NCBI GenBank assembly: GCA_965203055.1
Contig: OZ241863.1
Span: 2,624,001 to 2,688,000, forward strand
DNA length: 64,000 nt
Origin: Spirochaetia bacterium
GTDB lineage: Bacteria; Spirochaetota; Spirochaetia; SZUA-6; Bin103
Reading direction: 5' to 3'
The notes beneath the pieces are model-generated. The model was not told where the DNA came from, ran no database searches, and saw only the letters and a program-made list of their open reading frames with translations. The position numbers and the translations under genes were made by a program. Positions 37,854 to 47,897 of the stretch are shown here, one piece after another. Each line of letters begins with the position of its first letter. The first letter of the stretch is position 1.

Positions 37854-38965
37854 GCCGCGCGCGCCAGACGGCTCAACGCCGCGCGCAATTCGGACAAGCC
37901 CGCGCCGGTATGAGCGGACACGGTGACTACCGGGTCCTCCGCGTACCGCCGCCGCAGCCCGATGCTCAACGAACCATCGACATCCAGGTCCTGCTTGGTG
38001 CCCACCACCAGGCGCGGCCGGGCCGCCAGCGCCGGGTCATAGGCGCGCAGCTCCCGTTCCAGCGCCGCGGCGGAATCTCCCGCGGTCAGGTCGATCACGA
38101 AGGCCAGCAGGCGGGCGCGGGCAATGTGGTCGAGGAACTGCAACCCGAGACCGGCGCCGGTAGAGGCTCCCTCCAGAATGCCGGGAATGTCGGCCAGCAC
38201 GATGTCCCGCCGCTCATGCCAGCCGGCGGCCGGGCGCGGGCGCGGCCGCATCGGGGGCGCCGCCGGCGCGGCGGGGGCCTGCGGCCCGTCGTGCGGCGGC
38301 CGGGCCGCGCCGCTGCCCTCGGCGGCGGCCAGCCGCATCATGCCCAACTGCGGAGTGGTAGTGGTAAACGGGTAGGCCGCGATGCGCGGCCGGGCGTTGG
38401 TAAGGGCCGCCAGGAGCGTCGACTTGCCGGCGTTGGGGAAGCCGACGAAACCGACGTCGGCGATGCTCCGCAGTTCGAGCAGCAGCGCCAGCTCGCGGCC
38501 CGGCCGGCCGGGGGTAGCGAAGCGCGGCGCGCGGCGCACCGCGGTGGCGAAGCGCGCGTTGCCGGCTCCGCCCGCGCCGCCGGCAAGGCACAGCCACTCG
38601 GTGTCAGGTTCGGTGAGGTCGCGCAGCACCTGGCCGCCGGCGGCGTCGCGCACCACCGTGCCGGGGGGCACCGGGATGCGTACCGCTTTGCCGGCGGCTC
38701 CGTGGCGGCGCCGGCGGCCTCCGGGCGCGCCGTTCTCGGCGCGAAAGTGGTGCCGCCCGGCAAGGTGGGCCAGCGTGTGGACGTTGCGCCGCACGACGAA
38801 CAGGACGTCGCCGCCGCGCCCGCCGTCACCGCCGTCCGGGCCGCCGCGCGGAACGTACTTCTCCCGCCGGAAGGAAACGGCGCCGTTCCCTCCGCTGCCG
38901 GAGCTTACGGTAAGCGCCGTCCGGTCGACGAACCGGGAGCCGGCCCCCGCGGCGAAGCGCGCCAC
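37850..38965 (-). CDS. obgE: GTPase ObgE
   Basis: FRREKYVPRGGPDGGDGGRGG, GFPNAGKST, YPFTT, DIPG, TKQD, SA. Confidence 0.95.
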   Translation of the reverse strand: MARFAAGAGSRFVDRTALTVSSGSGGNGAVSFRREKYVPRGGPDGGDGGRGGDVLFVVRRNVHTLAHLAGRHHFRAENGAPGGRRRRHGAAGKAVRIPVPPGTVVRDAAGGQVLRDLTEPDTEWLCLAGGAGGAGNARFATAVRRAPRFATPGRPGRELALLLELRSIADVGFVGFPNAGKSTLLAALTNARPRIAAYPFTTTTPQLGMMRLAAAEGSGAARPPHDGPQAPAAPAAPPMRPRPRPAAGWHERRDIVLADIPGILEGASTGAGLGLQFLDHIARARLLAFVIDLTAGDSAAALERELRAYDPALAARPRLVVGTKQDLDVDGSLSIGLRRRYAEDPVVTVSAHTGAGLSELRAALSRLARAA

Positions 38966-38974
38966 ACCCCCGGA

Positions 38975-39229
38975 TCAGCCGTGCGGCTCGATGGCGACCA
39001 GCTTCCGCCCGAGCCGGCTCTTGAACACCACGGTGCCGGAGACCTGGGCGTACAAGGTGTGGTCGCGGCCCAGACCGACGTTGTCACCGGCATGGACGCG
39101 GGTGCCGCGCTGGCGCACCAGGATCGTTCCCGCCGTCACCGCCTGGCCTCCGAACCGCTTCACCCCGAGCCGCCTGCCGCGCGAGTCGCGCCCGTTGCGC
39201 GAACTTCCTCCGCCCTTCTTGTGTGCCAT
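38975..39229 (-). CDS. rpmA: 50S ribosomal protein bL27 (short form)
   Basis: [16 protein letters not shown]...[16 protein letters not shown]. Confidence 0.97.
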   Translation of the reverse strand: MAHKKGGGSSRNGRDSRGRRLGVKRFGGQAVTAGTILVRQRGTRVHAGDNVGLGRDHTLYAQVSGTVVFKSRLGRKLVAIEPHG

Positions 39230-39241
39230 CTTACGCTCTCC

Positions 39242-39568
39242 TCAATCGCGCCCGCCGCCGGCCATGCGCCGCACCGCAACGTGCCGCGGATACTCCGCCG
39301 CCACCCGGGACACGCCCTGCTCCACCATGGCCGTAATGCCGCGCAGCCACTCCCGACGCTGCGCCGGCACCGCGGCGACGCGCAACTGCAACACCCCCGG
39401 GCGCGGCGCCGCGCCGCGGCACTCCAGCGCCGGCTCCGCGGCCAGCAACGCCGCGGCGGTACGGGTCAAGGCGGTGATCGCCGCGCAGGCGAGGCTCGGT
39501 GCGTGGCCGCGCACCTCCAGCCGCCGCAGACAACCGGCGCCGTCGGTGCGCAGCATGACGCTCAGCAC
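39242..39568 (-). CDS. Prp/YsxB-family ribosomal-processing cysteine protease homologue
   Basis: Located between rplU and rpmA; VRGHA...CAAIT; C-terminal AEYPRHV. Confidence 0.8.
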   Translation of the reverse strand: MLSVMLRTDGAGCLRRLEVRGHAPSLACAAITALTRTAAALLAAEPALECRGAAPRPGVLQLRVAAVPAQRREWLRGITAMVEQGVSRVAAEYPRHVAVRRMAGGGRD

Positions 39569-39590
39569 CGGCCGCTCGCCGCCCCGGAAT

Positions 39591-39920
39591 CTAGGAACCG
39601 ACTTCGATCTTGTCGATGCGCAGCCGCGTGAGCGCCTGCCGGTGCCCCTGTTTGCGCCGGTAATTCTTGCGCCGGCGATATTTGTAGATCACCAGCTTGG
39701 GTCCGCGCGGATGGTCCTCGAGCGTCGCCGTGACCTTCGCGCCGGCCACGTACGGCCGCCCGATCCTGGTTACCTGGTCGCCGCCTTCGGCGTCGTGCGC
39801 CACCAGCAGCACCTGGTTCAACTCTACCGTGTCACCGGCGCCGGCCATGCGCTCCACGGTAACGCGCGTACCTTCACGCACCCGATACTGTCTGCCCTGA
39901 ATTTCTACCAACGCGTACAT
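39591..39920 (-). CDS. rplU: 50S ribosomal protein bL21
   Basis: MYALVEIQGRQY, IGRPYV, KQGHRQ. Confidence 0.97.
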   Translation of the reverse strand: MYALVEIQGRQYRVREGTRVTVERMAGAGDTVELNQVLLVAHDAEGGDQVTRIGRPYVAGAKVTATLEDHPRGPKLVIYKYRRRKNYRRKQGHRQALTRLRIDKIEVGS

Positions 39921-39949
39921 CGCTGCAACCGAACTCCGAATCCCGGCCT

Positions 39950-39979
39950 AAGCTACCACGGCATGACGCGCGGCGTCAA
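39950..39979 (-). promoter_or_regulatory. Putative promoter of the rplU operon
   Basis: TTGACG-18 nt-TAGCTT with extended TG. Confidence 0.55.
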
Positions 39980-40000
39980 ACAGCCAGACAGACTTACGGA

Positions 40001-40870
40001 CTACTGCGCCGCATGGTCGGCCCACAATTCTTCGATGCGGGCCGCCGGCAAGGGGCCGCGGTGAGCAATCAGGCGGTAGCGCAGCCGCAACGCCGCTCCC
40101 GCCGCCAACTCGATGGCGCCGGCAATGGTCGGCGCGGGGTTGATGCCGCGCTGGCCGTCGACCCGCCAGCACGCCGGGTGGCCGGGGTTGGCGGGATGAT
40201 CGCACACCGCGATGCCGGCGCTGACCGGTTCGCCGCCGGTGCGGCTGCCGCCATGCTCCAGCGGCATCCGCAGGTCGATCCAGGTGGCCGGCTGCTGCTC
40301 GGCCTCGGCGTCGCGCCGGCCCGCGGAAGTGACCACCGCGGCGCCCAGGTGAGCGCGGAACGGCATGCGCACGTACAGACCGCCGTACGGATACGGCGCG
40401 AAGGTCACCGCGGGAATCGCCCGCAGGGTCCAGTCCAGATCCAGGAGCAGGAGGCCGCCGGCGGCCGCCAGCGACCACTCCTGGCGCTCGGCCAGCACCT
40501 GGCCGCCGTCGGCCTGCCGCCACAGCGCCTCGAGGATCCAGCGCGGCGGCCCGGCACCGGCCACTACCCGCGGCGCGCCCGGGTCGATCCGGCCCAGAGT
40601 CTGGCCGGGCCGCTGCCCCGGCCAGTGCCAGAAGTCGCTGCCGTTGATCCCCACGAAGCGGGTCTGAATGCCGTGTTGGTGCGGGTGGTGCCAGGGGCTG
40701 TCCTCGGTCAGACAGACGCCGTCGAGGCGCAGCGGATGGATGTAGCACCCCGCTCCGGGGCGCAGGTTATGCTGCAGGATCACGCCGCCCCGGTCGGCGT
40801 CGTCTACGAACAGGCAGTCGTTCCCGGTACGTACCTGCCAGCGGGAAGAATCGTTCATCGCGCCGGTCAT
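40001..40870 (-). CDS. DUF6807 (PmoA-annotated) family hypothetical protein
   Basis: YIHPL, DSPWHHPHQHGI, DFW, YGGLYVRM, DHPANP...W motifs. Confidence 0.75.
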   Translation of the reverse strand: MTGAMNDSSRWQVRTGNDCLFVDDADRGGVILQHNLRPGAGCYIHPLRLDGVCLTEDSPWHHPHQHGIQTRFVGINGSDFWHWPGQRPGQTLGRIDPGAPRVVAGAGPPRWILEALWRQADGGQVLAERQEWSLAAAGGLLLLDLDWTLRAIPAVTFAPYPYGGLYVRMPFRAHLGAAVVTSAGRRDAEAEQQPATWIDLRMPLEHGGSRTGGEPVSAGIAVCDHPANPGHPACWRVDGQRGINPAPTIAGAIELAAGAALRLRYRLIAHRGPLPAARIEELWADHAAQ

Positions 40871-40976
40871 GGTAGCAGTTTACGAGCGGAGCGTCCGGCG
40901 CCGCCGACTGCGGTTGAATGCCGCAATGCTGGCTGATAGGATCGCCCCTGCCGCTCGTGAAGCGAAGGAAGGAAGG

Positions 40977-41966
40977 TTGCGCGCATACATAATCCGCCGT
41001 CTGCTGCTGATGGTCCCGACCGCGTTTCTGATCAGCGTCATCGTCTTTCTGCTCATGCGTCTGGTCCCCGGCGACACCATCGACGTGATGATCGCGCAGT
41101 TGTCGGAGTCGGCCACGGAGATCGAAATCGACCGGGAGGAGCTGGAACGCAGGTTCGGCCTCGACGCGCCGCTGATCGTCCAGTATGGACGGTTCCTCGG
41201 CATCGCCCCGCAGGTGGACGGCCGCATCAGCGGGGTGCTGCAGGGCGACCTCGGCGCCTCCTGGCGGGAGCGCATGGCGGTGACCGAGCTGCTGTTCAAG
41301 AAGATGCCGGTGACCCTGGAGCTGGGGCTGATGGGCCTGCTGATCGCGCAGCTCATCGCCATTCCGATCGGCGTCTATTCCGCCCTGCGGCAGGATACGT
41401 GGGGAGACTACGTCGGGCGCAGCTTCGCCATCCTGTCGATCTCGGTCCCCGGCTTCTGGCTGGCGACGCTGGTAATCGTCTATCCGTCGATCTGGTGGGG
41501 CTACATGCCCTCCATCTGGCTCATCAAGTTCGCCGACGACCCGCTGGGCAACCTCAAGATGTTCATCGTGCCGGCCATCGTGCTGGCGCTGGCCATGGCC
41601 GGCGGCACCATGCGAATGACCCGCACCATGACCCTGGAGGTGATCCGCAACGACTACATCAGAACGGCGTGGGCGAAGGGGTTGGCCGAAGCCCTGGTGG
41701 TGAGCCGGCATGCTCTCAAGAACGCCTTCATCCCGGTCATCACGATCGTCGGCCTGCAGATCCCGATCCTGATCGGCGGCACGGTGATCATCGAGCAGAT
41801 CTTCATGCTGCCCGGCATGGGGCGCCTCATCGTGGAGTCGCTGCTGGTGCGCGATTACCCGGTGGTGAGCGGCATCATGCTGTTCTTCAGCTTCGGCCTG
41901 ATGCTGATCAACCTGCTGGTGGACCTCACCTACGGCTTCCTGGACCCGAGGATCCGCTCGGCATGA
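40977..41966 (+). CDS. Peptide/nickel-type ABC permease (DppB/OppB family)
   Basis: YIIRRLL, LVPGD, GLDAPLIVQY, DYIRTAWAKGL, RHALKNA, RDYPVV; TTG start after AAGGAAGG. Confidence 0.92.
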   Translation: MRAYIIRRLLLMVPTAFLISVIVFLLMRLVPGDTIDVMIAQLSESATEIEIDREELERRFGLDAPLIVQYGRFLGIAPQVDGRISGVLQGDLGASWRERMAVTELLFKKMPVTLELGLMGLLIAQLIAIPIGVYSALRQDTWGDYVGRSFAILSISVPGFWLATLVIVYPSIWWGYMPSIWLIKFADDPLGNLKMFIVPAIVLALAMAGGTMRMTRTMTLEVIRNDYIRTAWAKGLAEALVVSRHALKNAFIPVITIVGLQIPILIGGTVIIEQIFMLPGMGRLIVESLLVRDYPVVSGIMLFFSFGLMLINLLVDLTYGFLDPRIRSA

Positions 41967-42937
41967 GCGGGCGCGGGCTGCCGGAGACCGTACGCCGGTC
42001 GGCCGTAGTCACCTTCTTCCGCCGCATCGTCAAGGAGAAACCGCTCGGCGCGGTGGGGGCCGCCATCACCGCTATCCTGCTGCTCGTGGGGCTGTTCGCC
42101 GACGTGCTCGCACCCTACGGGATGAACGAGACCAACATGGAGCGACCGCTCGCCGCCCCCTCCGACAGCAACTGGCTGGGCACCGACGACCTGGGCCGGG
42201 ACGTGCTCACCCGGGTCATCTACGGCGCGCGGGTGTCGGTGATCGTAGGCTTGGCCGGCGCCACCCTGGCCACGCTGATCTCGCTGCTGATCGGCCTCAT
42301 CTCCGGTTACCTGGGCGGCACCTTCGATCTGCTGCTGCAGCGGCTGGTCGATGCCTGGATGTCGCTGCCCGGCCTGATCGTGCTCATGGTGCTCATCTCG
42401 TTCATCGGCGGCGGGATGACGGCCATCATCGTGGTGCTCGGCGTCGAGGGGGGGATCACCGGCTCGCGCATCATCCGCGGCGCCGTGATCAGTACCAAGG
42501 AAGATGCCTACGTGACCGCGGCGTCGGCGATCGGCGGGCGTACCAGCCGGGTGCTGCTGCGCCACATTCTGCCCAACGTTCTGGCGCCGGCGGTAATCCT
42601 GCTCACGCTACGCATTCCGGCGATCATCCTCGCCGAGGCGAGCTTGAGCTTTCTCGGCTTCGGCATCCAGCCGCCGTTTCCCAGTTGGGGCGCCATGCTC
42701 AGCGGGCGCAGCCGCGAGTTCATGTTCGTGGCGCCGTGGACGGTGCTGTGGCCGGGTCTGGCCCTCGCCACCGTGGTGTACGGGACCAACATGTTCGGCG
42801 ACGCGGCGCGCGACATTCTCGACCCCAAGCTGCGCGGCGGCGTGGGCCGCTACGGCGTCAAGGCCGTCCGCAGGATTCTCCGGCCGGCGCAGGCGCCGGC
42901 GCGGCGCGGTTTGACAGGGGCGCGCCGGGACGGGTAG
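41963..42937 (+). CDS. Peptide/nickel-type ABC permease (DppC/OppC family)
   Basis: WLGTDDLGRDVLTRVIYGARVS, RHILPN, EASLSFLGFG, PSWG, GDAARDILDP; ATGA overlap. Confidence 0.92.
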   Translation: MSGRGLPETVRRSAVVTFFRRIVKEKPLGAVGAAITAILLLVGLFADVLAPYGMNETNMERPLAAPSDSNWLGTDDLGRDVLTRVIYGARVSVIVGLAGATLATLISLLIGLISGYLGGTFDLLLQRLVDAWMSLPGLIVLMVLISFIGGGMTAIIVVLGVEGGITGSRIIRGAVISTKEDAYVTAASAIGGRTSRVLLRHILPNVLAPAVILLTLRIPAIILAEASLSFLGFGIQPPFPSWGAMLSGRSREFMFVAPWTVLWPGLALATVVYGTNMFGDAARDILDPKLRGGVGRYGVKAVRRILRPAQAPARRGLTGARRDG

Positions 42938-42984
42938 CCTGCGGGCTGGCGGTGAAGTGCCGCCGCATCTCACAGGAGGTATGT

Positions 42985-44700
42985 GTGAACAAGATCTATG
43001 GAATCGCCGCGGCGCTGATCGCCGGGGCGGCGATGATGCTCTCCGCGGCCGGCGAGCAGGACAGCGAGCTGGCGGCGGAGGGGGCCGACGGCCCGCAATA
43101 CGGGGGCACCCTGACTGCGGTCAGCGCCGCCTTCGTAATCGGCCCGGAGAGCCCCGACCCGGCGGACGGCCAGGGCCACTCCACGCTGTTTCTGGCCTTG
43201 ATCCAGGAGCGGCCGCGCATCGGCGACCACGCGCGGTTCGGCCCCAAGGGCAGCAACGACTACCCCTTCACCCTGGTCGGCCCGATGCCTGACAAGTACG
43301 TGCGCGGGCTGCTGCTGGAGAGCTGGGACGTCACCCCCGAGCAGTTTACCTGGCGCCTGCGCGAAGGGATCACGTGGGCCGCGGACAACGTCGACTACAT
43401 GGACAACCGCGAGCTGGTCGCCGAGGACGTGGTCGCCGATCTGAAGTACTACCGCGAGGCTCCCGCCGGGGCGCGCTTCAAGGGAGTGTCCGGCGACATC
43501 TACGCCGCCGACCGGTACACCGTGGTGATCGAGTTCACCGATCTCGACGTCAGCATGATGGACGTGCTCACGCTCGGTTCGACCACCGCCATTTCGCCCC
43601 CGGAAATGGAGGCCGCGGGCATGGACAAGTGGGAGAACCAGGTCGGCACCGGGCCGTTCATGTTCGGTGACTACGAGATCGACTCCCACGTCACCTACGA
43701 GCGCAACCCCAACTACTGGGACCAGACCACCATCGACGGGCAGCAGTATCAGCTTCCGTTCGTGGACCGGGTGATCGTCCCGATCATCGCCGACGAGGCG
43801 TCGATGGTCGCCGCGCTGCGCACCGGCCGCGCCGACATGGCCAGCTCGGTGTTCGCAGTGCACTGGCAGACGCTGGACGAGACGGCGCCCGAGCTGAACT
43901 CGCACCGGTTCCCGATCTCGTTCGGTTCGACGGCCTACCTGAAGACCACCGAACCGCCGTTCGACAACCGCGACGTGCGCCGCGCCATGATGGTGGGCAC
44001 CGACCTGACCGGCTTCCAGAAGCTGCGCCAGGCCGGCGACCTGGAGTTGCCGACCCACTGGTTCCCGGTCGACCCGATCATGCCCTCCTACACGCCGATG
44101 GAGGAGCTGCCGGAAGAGACGCGCATGCTGTACGACTACGACCCGGAGAAGGCGAAGCAGATGCTCGCCGACGCCGGCTACCCGAACGGCTTCACCATCG
44201 ACTACACCACCCTGGGCTGGCCGGAGTTCATGACCGACGGCGCGCTGCTCAAGGATCAGTGGGAGAAGATCGGCGTCACGGTCGATCTGCAGGGCCACGA
44301 GGCCGCGGTATGGAGCGCGCATGCGCGGGAGCGGACCTACACCGGCTCCATCCGCCAGGGACACTGCGGAGGCTGCCCGCTGACCGTGCTGCCGCGCTTC
44401 ACCACCGGGCACACGCGCAACTACGCCGACTGGTCCGACCCCCACTATGACGGGCTGGTGGACCGGCTGGTGCGGGAGCTCGACCCGGACCGGCGCAACG
44501 AGCTGGTCAAGGAAGCCTCCATCTACCTGCTGAACGAGGCGATCGCCATTCCGCAGGCGGTCAAGGTGCAGGGGCGCTTCTGGTGGCCTTGGATCAACAA
44601 CTACTACGGCGATACCTACATCGCGAGCACCAACACCTGGCTGGAAGCGTCGGGGTGGGTGTGGATCGACCAGAACCTGAAGAAGGAGATGGGCTACTAA
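42985..44700 (+). CDS. ABC solute-binding protein, family 5
   Basis: SD CAGGAGG; PQYGGTL, VGTGPF, RNPNYW, PFDNRDVRRAM, YDPEKAKQMLADAGYPNGF. Confidence 0.92.
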   Translation: MNKIYGIAAALIAGAAMMLSAAGEQDSELAAEGADGPQYGGTLTAVSAAFVIGPESPDPADGQGHSTLFLALIQERPRIGDHARFGPKGSNDYPFTLVGPMPDKYVRGLLLESWDVTPEQFTWRLREGITWAADNVDYMDNRELVAEDVVADLKYYREAPAGARFKGVSGDIYAADRYTVVIEFTDLDVSMMDVLTLGSTTAISPPEMEAAGMDKWENQVGTGPFMFGDYEIDSHVTYERNPNYWDQTTIDGQQYQLPFVDRVIVPIIADEASMVAALRTGRADMASSVFAVHWQTLDETAPELNSHRFPISFGSTAYLKTTEPPFDNRDVRRAMMVGTDLTGFQKLRQAGDLELPTHWFPVDPIMPSYTPMEELPEETRMLYDYDPEKAKQMLADAGYPNGFTIDYTTLGWPEFMTDGALLKDQWEKIGVTVDLQGHEAAVWSAHARERTYTGSIRQGHCGGCPLTVLPRFTTGHTRNYADWSDPHYDGLVDRLVRELDPDRRNELVKEASIYLLNEAIAIPQAVKVQGRFWWPWINNYYGDTYIASTNTWLEASGWVWIDQNLKKEMGY

Positions 44701-44717
44701 CCCCAAGCAGTATCATG

Positions 44718-44750
44718 CGGCCACGGGGGCAGCTCCCCCGTGGCCGTTTT
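44718..44750 (+). terminator. Intrinsic terminator
   Basis: Perfect 12-bp stem CGGCCACGGGGG/CCCCCGTGGCCG, 5-nt loop, TTTT. Confidence 0.85.
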
Positions 44751-44786
44751 CTCGGCGCGGTTCACGTCGGTCAAGGAGGTTGAACG

Positions 44787-46133
44787 ATGACAGTCATGGA
44801 AAATTGGAAGTTGCGCGCCGCGGCGGCGCTGGTCGTTGCTGCGGGCGCCCTGCTGGCGGCCCTGCCGGCGGCGGCGGGCGCCGCGGATGAGGCGGCCGCC
44901 GAAGAGCTGCGCATCCCGATGTTGTTCCGGGAGGGCGGCAACGACGCCAACACGGTGATGTACCGCGACTTCATCGACCGGTTCAATGAGCAGTACGACG
45001 GCCGCTACGAGCTGGACATCGAATGGGTTCCCGGCATGGCGGTCGAGATTCGGCAGAAGTTGAAGGCGCTGAACTCGGCCCGCAACCTGCCCGCGGTGGT
45101 CACCAATCTCGGTCCGGAGGCGGCCTTCGCCGAGGCCCTGATGCGCGATGGCCGGCTGATGGACTTGCGGCCCTACTACGACGCCGATTCCGAGTGGCAA
45201 AAGGTGACGTTCCCGGAGAGCGTGGAGTTCAACACCGACGCCGAGGGCAGGATGTTCACCTCCCCCGCCACCGGCGCGCCCTACATCGGCATCTACTACA
45301 ACAAGGAGATGTTCGCCGAGGCCGGCATCGATCACTTTCCGACCACCTGGGATGATTTCTTCGCGGCGTGCGACACGCTCAAGGCGGCCGGCTTCACGCC
45401 GCTGTCGATGCACACCACGGAGACCGGCTGGATCACCAACCTGCTACTCACCACCTACCTGGGCCGCACGCAGGAAGGCCGCGACTTCATGAATATCCGC
45501 TATCCGACCGACGAGTTCACCTCGCAGGCATTCGTCGACGCCGTACGCATGGTCGAACGCCTCTACGAGTACACCACGGCGGACGCGATCGGCGGCACCT
45601 ACGCCCTGGCGGCGAACCACTTCTCGGCCTCCGACACGGCGATGATCGCCAACGGACCGTGGATGATCGCCAGCTTCAGCGACACGCAGTACTCACCCGA
45701 GGGCTTCGAGAACAAGGTGGGCTACGCCCGCTTCCCCAATGACATGATGATCTCCAACCTCGGCCGCGAGTATGGCCGCGGCGTATCGCTAGACCATGAG
45801 CCTGAGGTGCGCGAAGGCGCGGTCGAATGGATCAAGTTCCTTGCCACCCGCGACAACATCGCCAAGCAGGCGGTCTCGCTCGGCCATCTGAGCCATCTCG
45901 TGCCGCTGACCGACGCCGAGAAACAGGATCTCAGCCCTGTCAATCTGGAGTACTTCAACGCGGTCGAGGGAGTCGAGCTGAGCATTCCCTGGTTCCAGGC
46001 GCAGTGGGACCCGATCAACCAGAACGAAACGATCGTCAATCAGCTCCCCGCTCTGCTCTACGGAGAGATTACCGCGCAGGAGTACGCCGCCATGCTCGCC
46101 GCATCGGCCAAGGAGTACCATAAATCGTTGTAG
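44787..46133 (+). CDS. Carbohydrate ABC solute-binding protein, family 1
   Basis: SD AAGGAGG; IYYNKEMFAEAGI, PTTWDDF, AMIANGPW. Confidence 0.9.
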   Translation: MTVMENWKLRAAAALVVAAGALLAALPAAAGAADEAAAEELRIPMLFREGGNDANTVMYRDFIDRFNEQYDGRYELDIEWVPGMAVEIRQKLKALNSARNLPAVVTNLGPEAAFAEALMRDGRLMDLRPYYDADSEWQKVTFPESVEFNTDAEGRMFTSPATGAPYIGIYYNKEMFAEAGIDHFPTTWDDFFAACDTLKAAGFTPLSMHTTETGWITNLLLTTYLGRTQEGRDFMNIRYPTDEFTSQAFVDAVRMVERLYEYTTADAIGGTYALAANHFSASDTAMIANGPWMIASFSDTQYSPEGFENKVGYARFPNDMMISNLGREYGRGVSLDHEPEVREGAVEWIKFLATRDNIAKQAVSLGHLSHLVPLTDAEKQDLSPVNLEYFNAVEGVELSIPWFQAQWDPINQNETIVNQLPALLYGEITAQEYAAMLAASAKEYHKSL

Positions 46134-46174
46134 CCGTCCGTTCCGCGGTCTGAGCCGCGGCCTCCCAAGCGTCA

Positions 46175-47050
46175 ATGCTCAAACCGGGACGCCTGTGGAT
46201 CGTCCTGTTCCTGCTGCCGGCCCTGGTGATGTTCCTGCTGGTCTACCTGGGGCCACTGGTCACCGCGGTAACGACCAGCTTCACCAAGTGGAACGGGGTG
46301 CAGGAGCCGCGCTTCATCGGCCTCGACAACTACCTCCGACTCATCGCCAGCGACCGGTTCCGGGCGGCGTTCGGCAACAGCGTCAAGTGGGTGCTGGCCG
46401 CGGCGTTGATTCACGTTCCGTTCGGCGTGCTGGTGGCGCTGGTGCTGTTCAAGCGGCCGCGCGGCTGGCGCTTCACCCGCGCCGTGTTCATGATCCCCAA
46501 CGTACTGGGCTGGACCGCGCTCTCCATCCTGTTCATCTTCATCTACCTGCCGGACGCCGGCATCCTCAACGGGCTGATCCAACTGCTGGGGTTCCGCGGC
46601 TTCAACCGCAACTGGCTGTACGATCCGGGCAGCGCCTTCGGCGCGGTGACCCTGATCTGGCTGTTCTTCGCCGCGGTGATCACCCTGATCACGATGTCGG
46701 AACTGATGGCGATTCCCGACTCGCTGGCCGACTCAGCGCGCATCGACGGCGCGAGCCCCCTGCAGATCGACCTCTACGTCAACCTGCCGATCATCTGGCC
46801 GATCGTCGGCACCGGCATCGTCATTGCGGTGAGCGCGGTGCTGAAGGCGTTCGAGATCATCTTCCTCACCACCGGAGGCGGACCGGGCAACCGCACCTTG
46901 AACATCTCGGTGATCATGGTGAACCGCCTGCTCAACAGCCAGGAATACGGCTACGCCAACGCGCTGGCGGTGGTGCTTCTGATCATGGGCATGGCCGCTA
47001 TCCTGCTGGTTCAGTGGCTGTTCCGGCTCGGCCGGAGCTACCGTGAGTAG
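46175..47050 (+). CDS. Carbohydrate ABC permease (MalF/UgpA type)
   Basis: FLLPAL, FIGLDNY, EAA-loop DSARIDGAS, YGYANA. Confidence 0.92.
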   Translation: MLKPGRLWIVLFLLPALVMFLLVYLGPLVTAVTTSFTKWNGVQEPRFIGLDNYLRLIASDRFRAAFGNSVKWVLAAALIHVPFGVLVALVLFKRPRGWRFTRAVFMIPNVLGWTALSILFIFIYLPDAGILNGLIQLLGFRGFNRNWLYDPGSAFGAVTLIWLFFAAVITLITMSELMAIPDSLADSARIDGASPLQIDLYVNLPIIWPIVGTGIVIAVSAVLKAFEIIFLTTGGGPGNRTLNISVIMVNRLLNSQEYGYANALAVVLLIMGMAAILLVQWLFRLGRSYRE

Positions 47051-47885
47051 CCGGGAACGTATCGCCGCCGGCGCCGCGGCGGCGTTCCGCTACGCGGTGA
47101 TCGGCTTCGTGATCGCCATCTCGGTGCTGCCGCTGGTGTGGGTAGTGATCTCGTCGCTGCAAACCAACAGCGAGATTCTCTCCTCGGCGCTCAACCTGCC
47201 GGCGAACCCGTCGCTCAAGGGCTACGCGACCGCGTTCCGCTTTGCGCGGCTCGACCTCAAGTTCGTCACCTCGCTGATCGTGGCCGCCGCCACCACCGTG
47301 ATCTCGCTGCTGATCTACTCGCTGGCGGCCTACGCCCTGGCGCGGTTCCGCTTCCGCCTGCGCAGCGCGGTGTTCACGCTGCTGATCTCGTCGATCCTGA
47401 TTCCGGTCAACACGATGGTGCAGCCGGTATACGAGCTGGTGCTGCGCCTCGGGCTCTACGACACCAAGGGCGCGCTGATTCTGGTGTATACCGGATTCTC
47501 CATGCCGCTGTGCCTGTTCGTGCTGCGCAGCTACCTGATGCACCTGCCCTACGAGATGGAGGAGTCCGCCTACCTGGAAGGGGCCGGCGTGCCGCGCACC
47601 TTCTGGCGGATCATGCTGCCGCTGGCGCAACCGGCGCTGGTCAGCTCGGCGGTGCTTACCTTCCTCGGATCGTGGAACGAGCTGCTGTACGCGTTGCTGC
47701 TCACCTCCTCCGAACACAACCGCACGCTGCCGCTGGCGATGCGCTACTTCATGCAGCAGTTCACCTTCGACTTCTCGGCGATGTTCGCCGCGCTGGTGAT
47801 CTACGTGGTGCCGTCGATCATCCTCTACGTCGTGCTGCAGGAGCAGATCATGTCCGGCATCGCCGCCGGCGCCATCAACGAGTAA
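47043..47885 (+). CDS. Carbohydrate ABC permease (MalG/UgpE type)
   Basis: AAYALARF, EESAYLEGA, IMLPLAQP, SWNE. Confidence 0.92.
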   Translation: MSSRERIAAGAAAAFRYAVIGFVIAISVLPLVWVVISSLQTNSEILSSALNLPANPSLKGYATAFRFARLDLKFVTSLIVAAATTVISLLIYSLAAYALARFRFRLRSAVFTLLISSILIPVNTMVQPVYELVLRLGLYDTKGALILVYTGFSMPLCLFVLRSYLMHLPYEMEESAYLEGAGVPRTFWRIMLPLAQPALVSSAVLTFLGSWNELLYALLLTSSEHNRTLPLAMRYFMQQFTFDFSAMFAALVIYVVPSIILYVVLQEQIMSGIAAGAINE

Positions 47886-47897
47886 CCCGCGCCCCGG

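Noticed and set aside
39230..39244. Prp-L27 readthrough fusion (same frame, TGA plus four codons)
   Set aside because: One-in-three chance of sharing a frame; rpmA has its own strong SD and no readthrough signal is evident.
40001..40870. Methane monooxygenase (PmoA label)
   Set aside because: Soluble DUF6807-type sequence without multiple TM helices; no pmoB/pmoC nearby.
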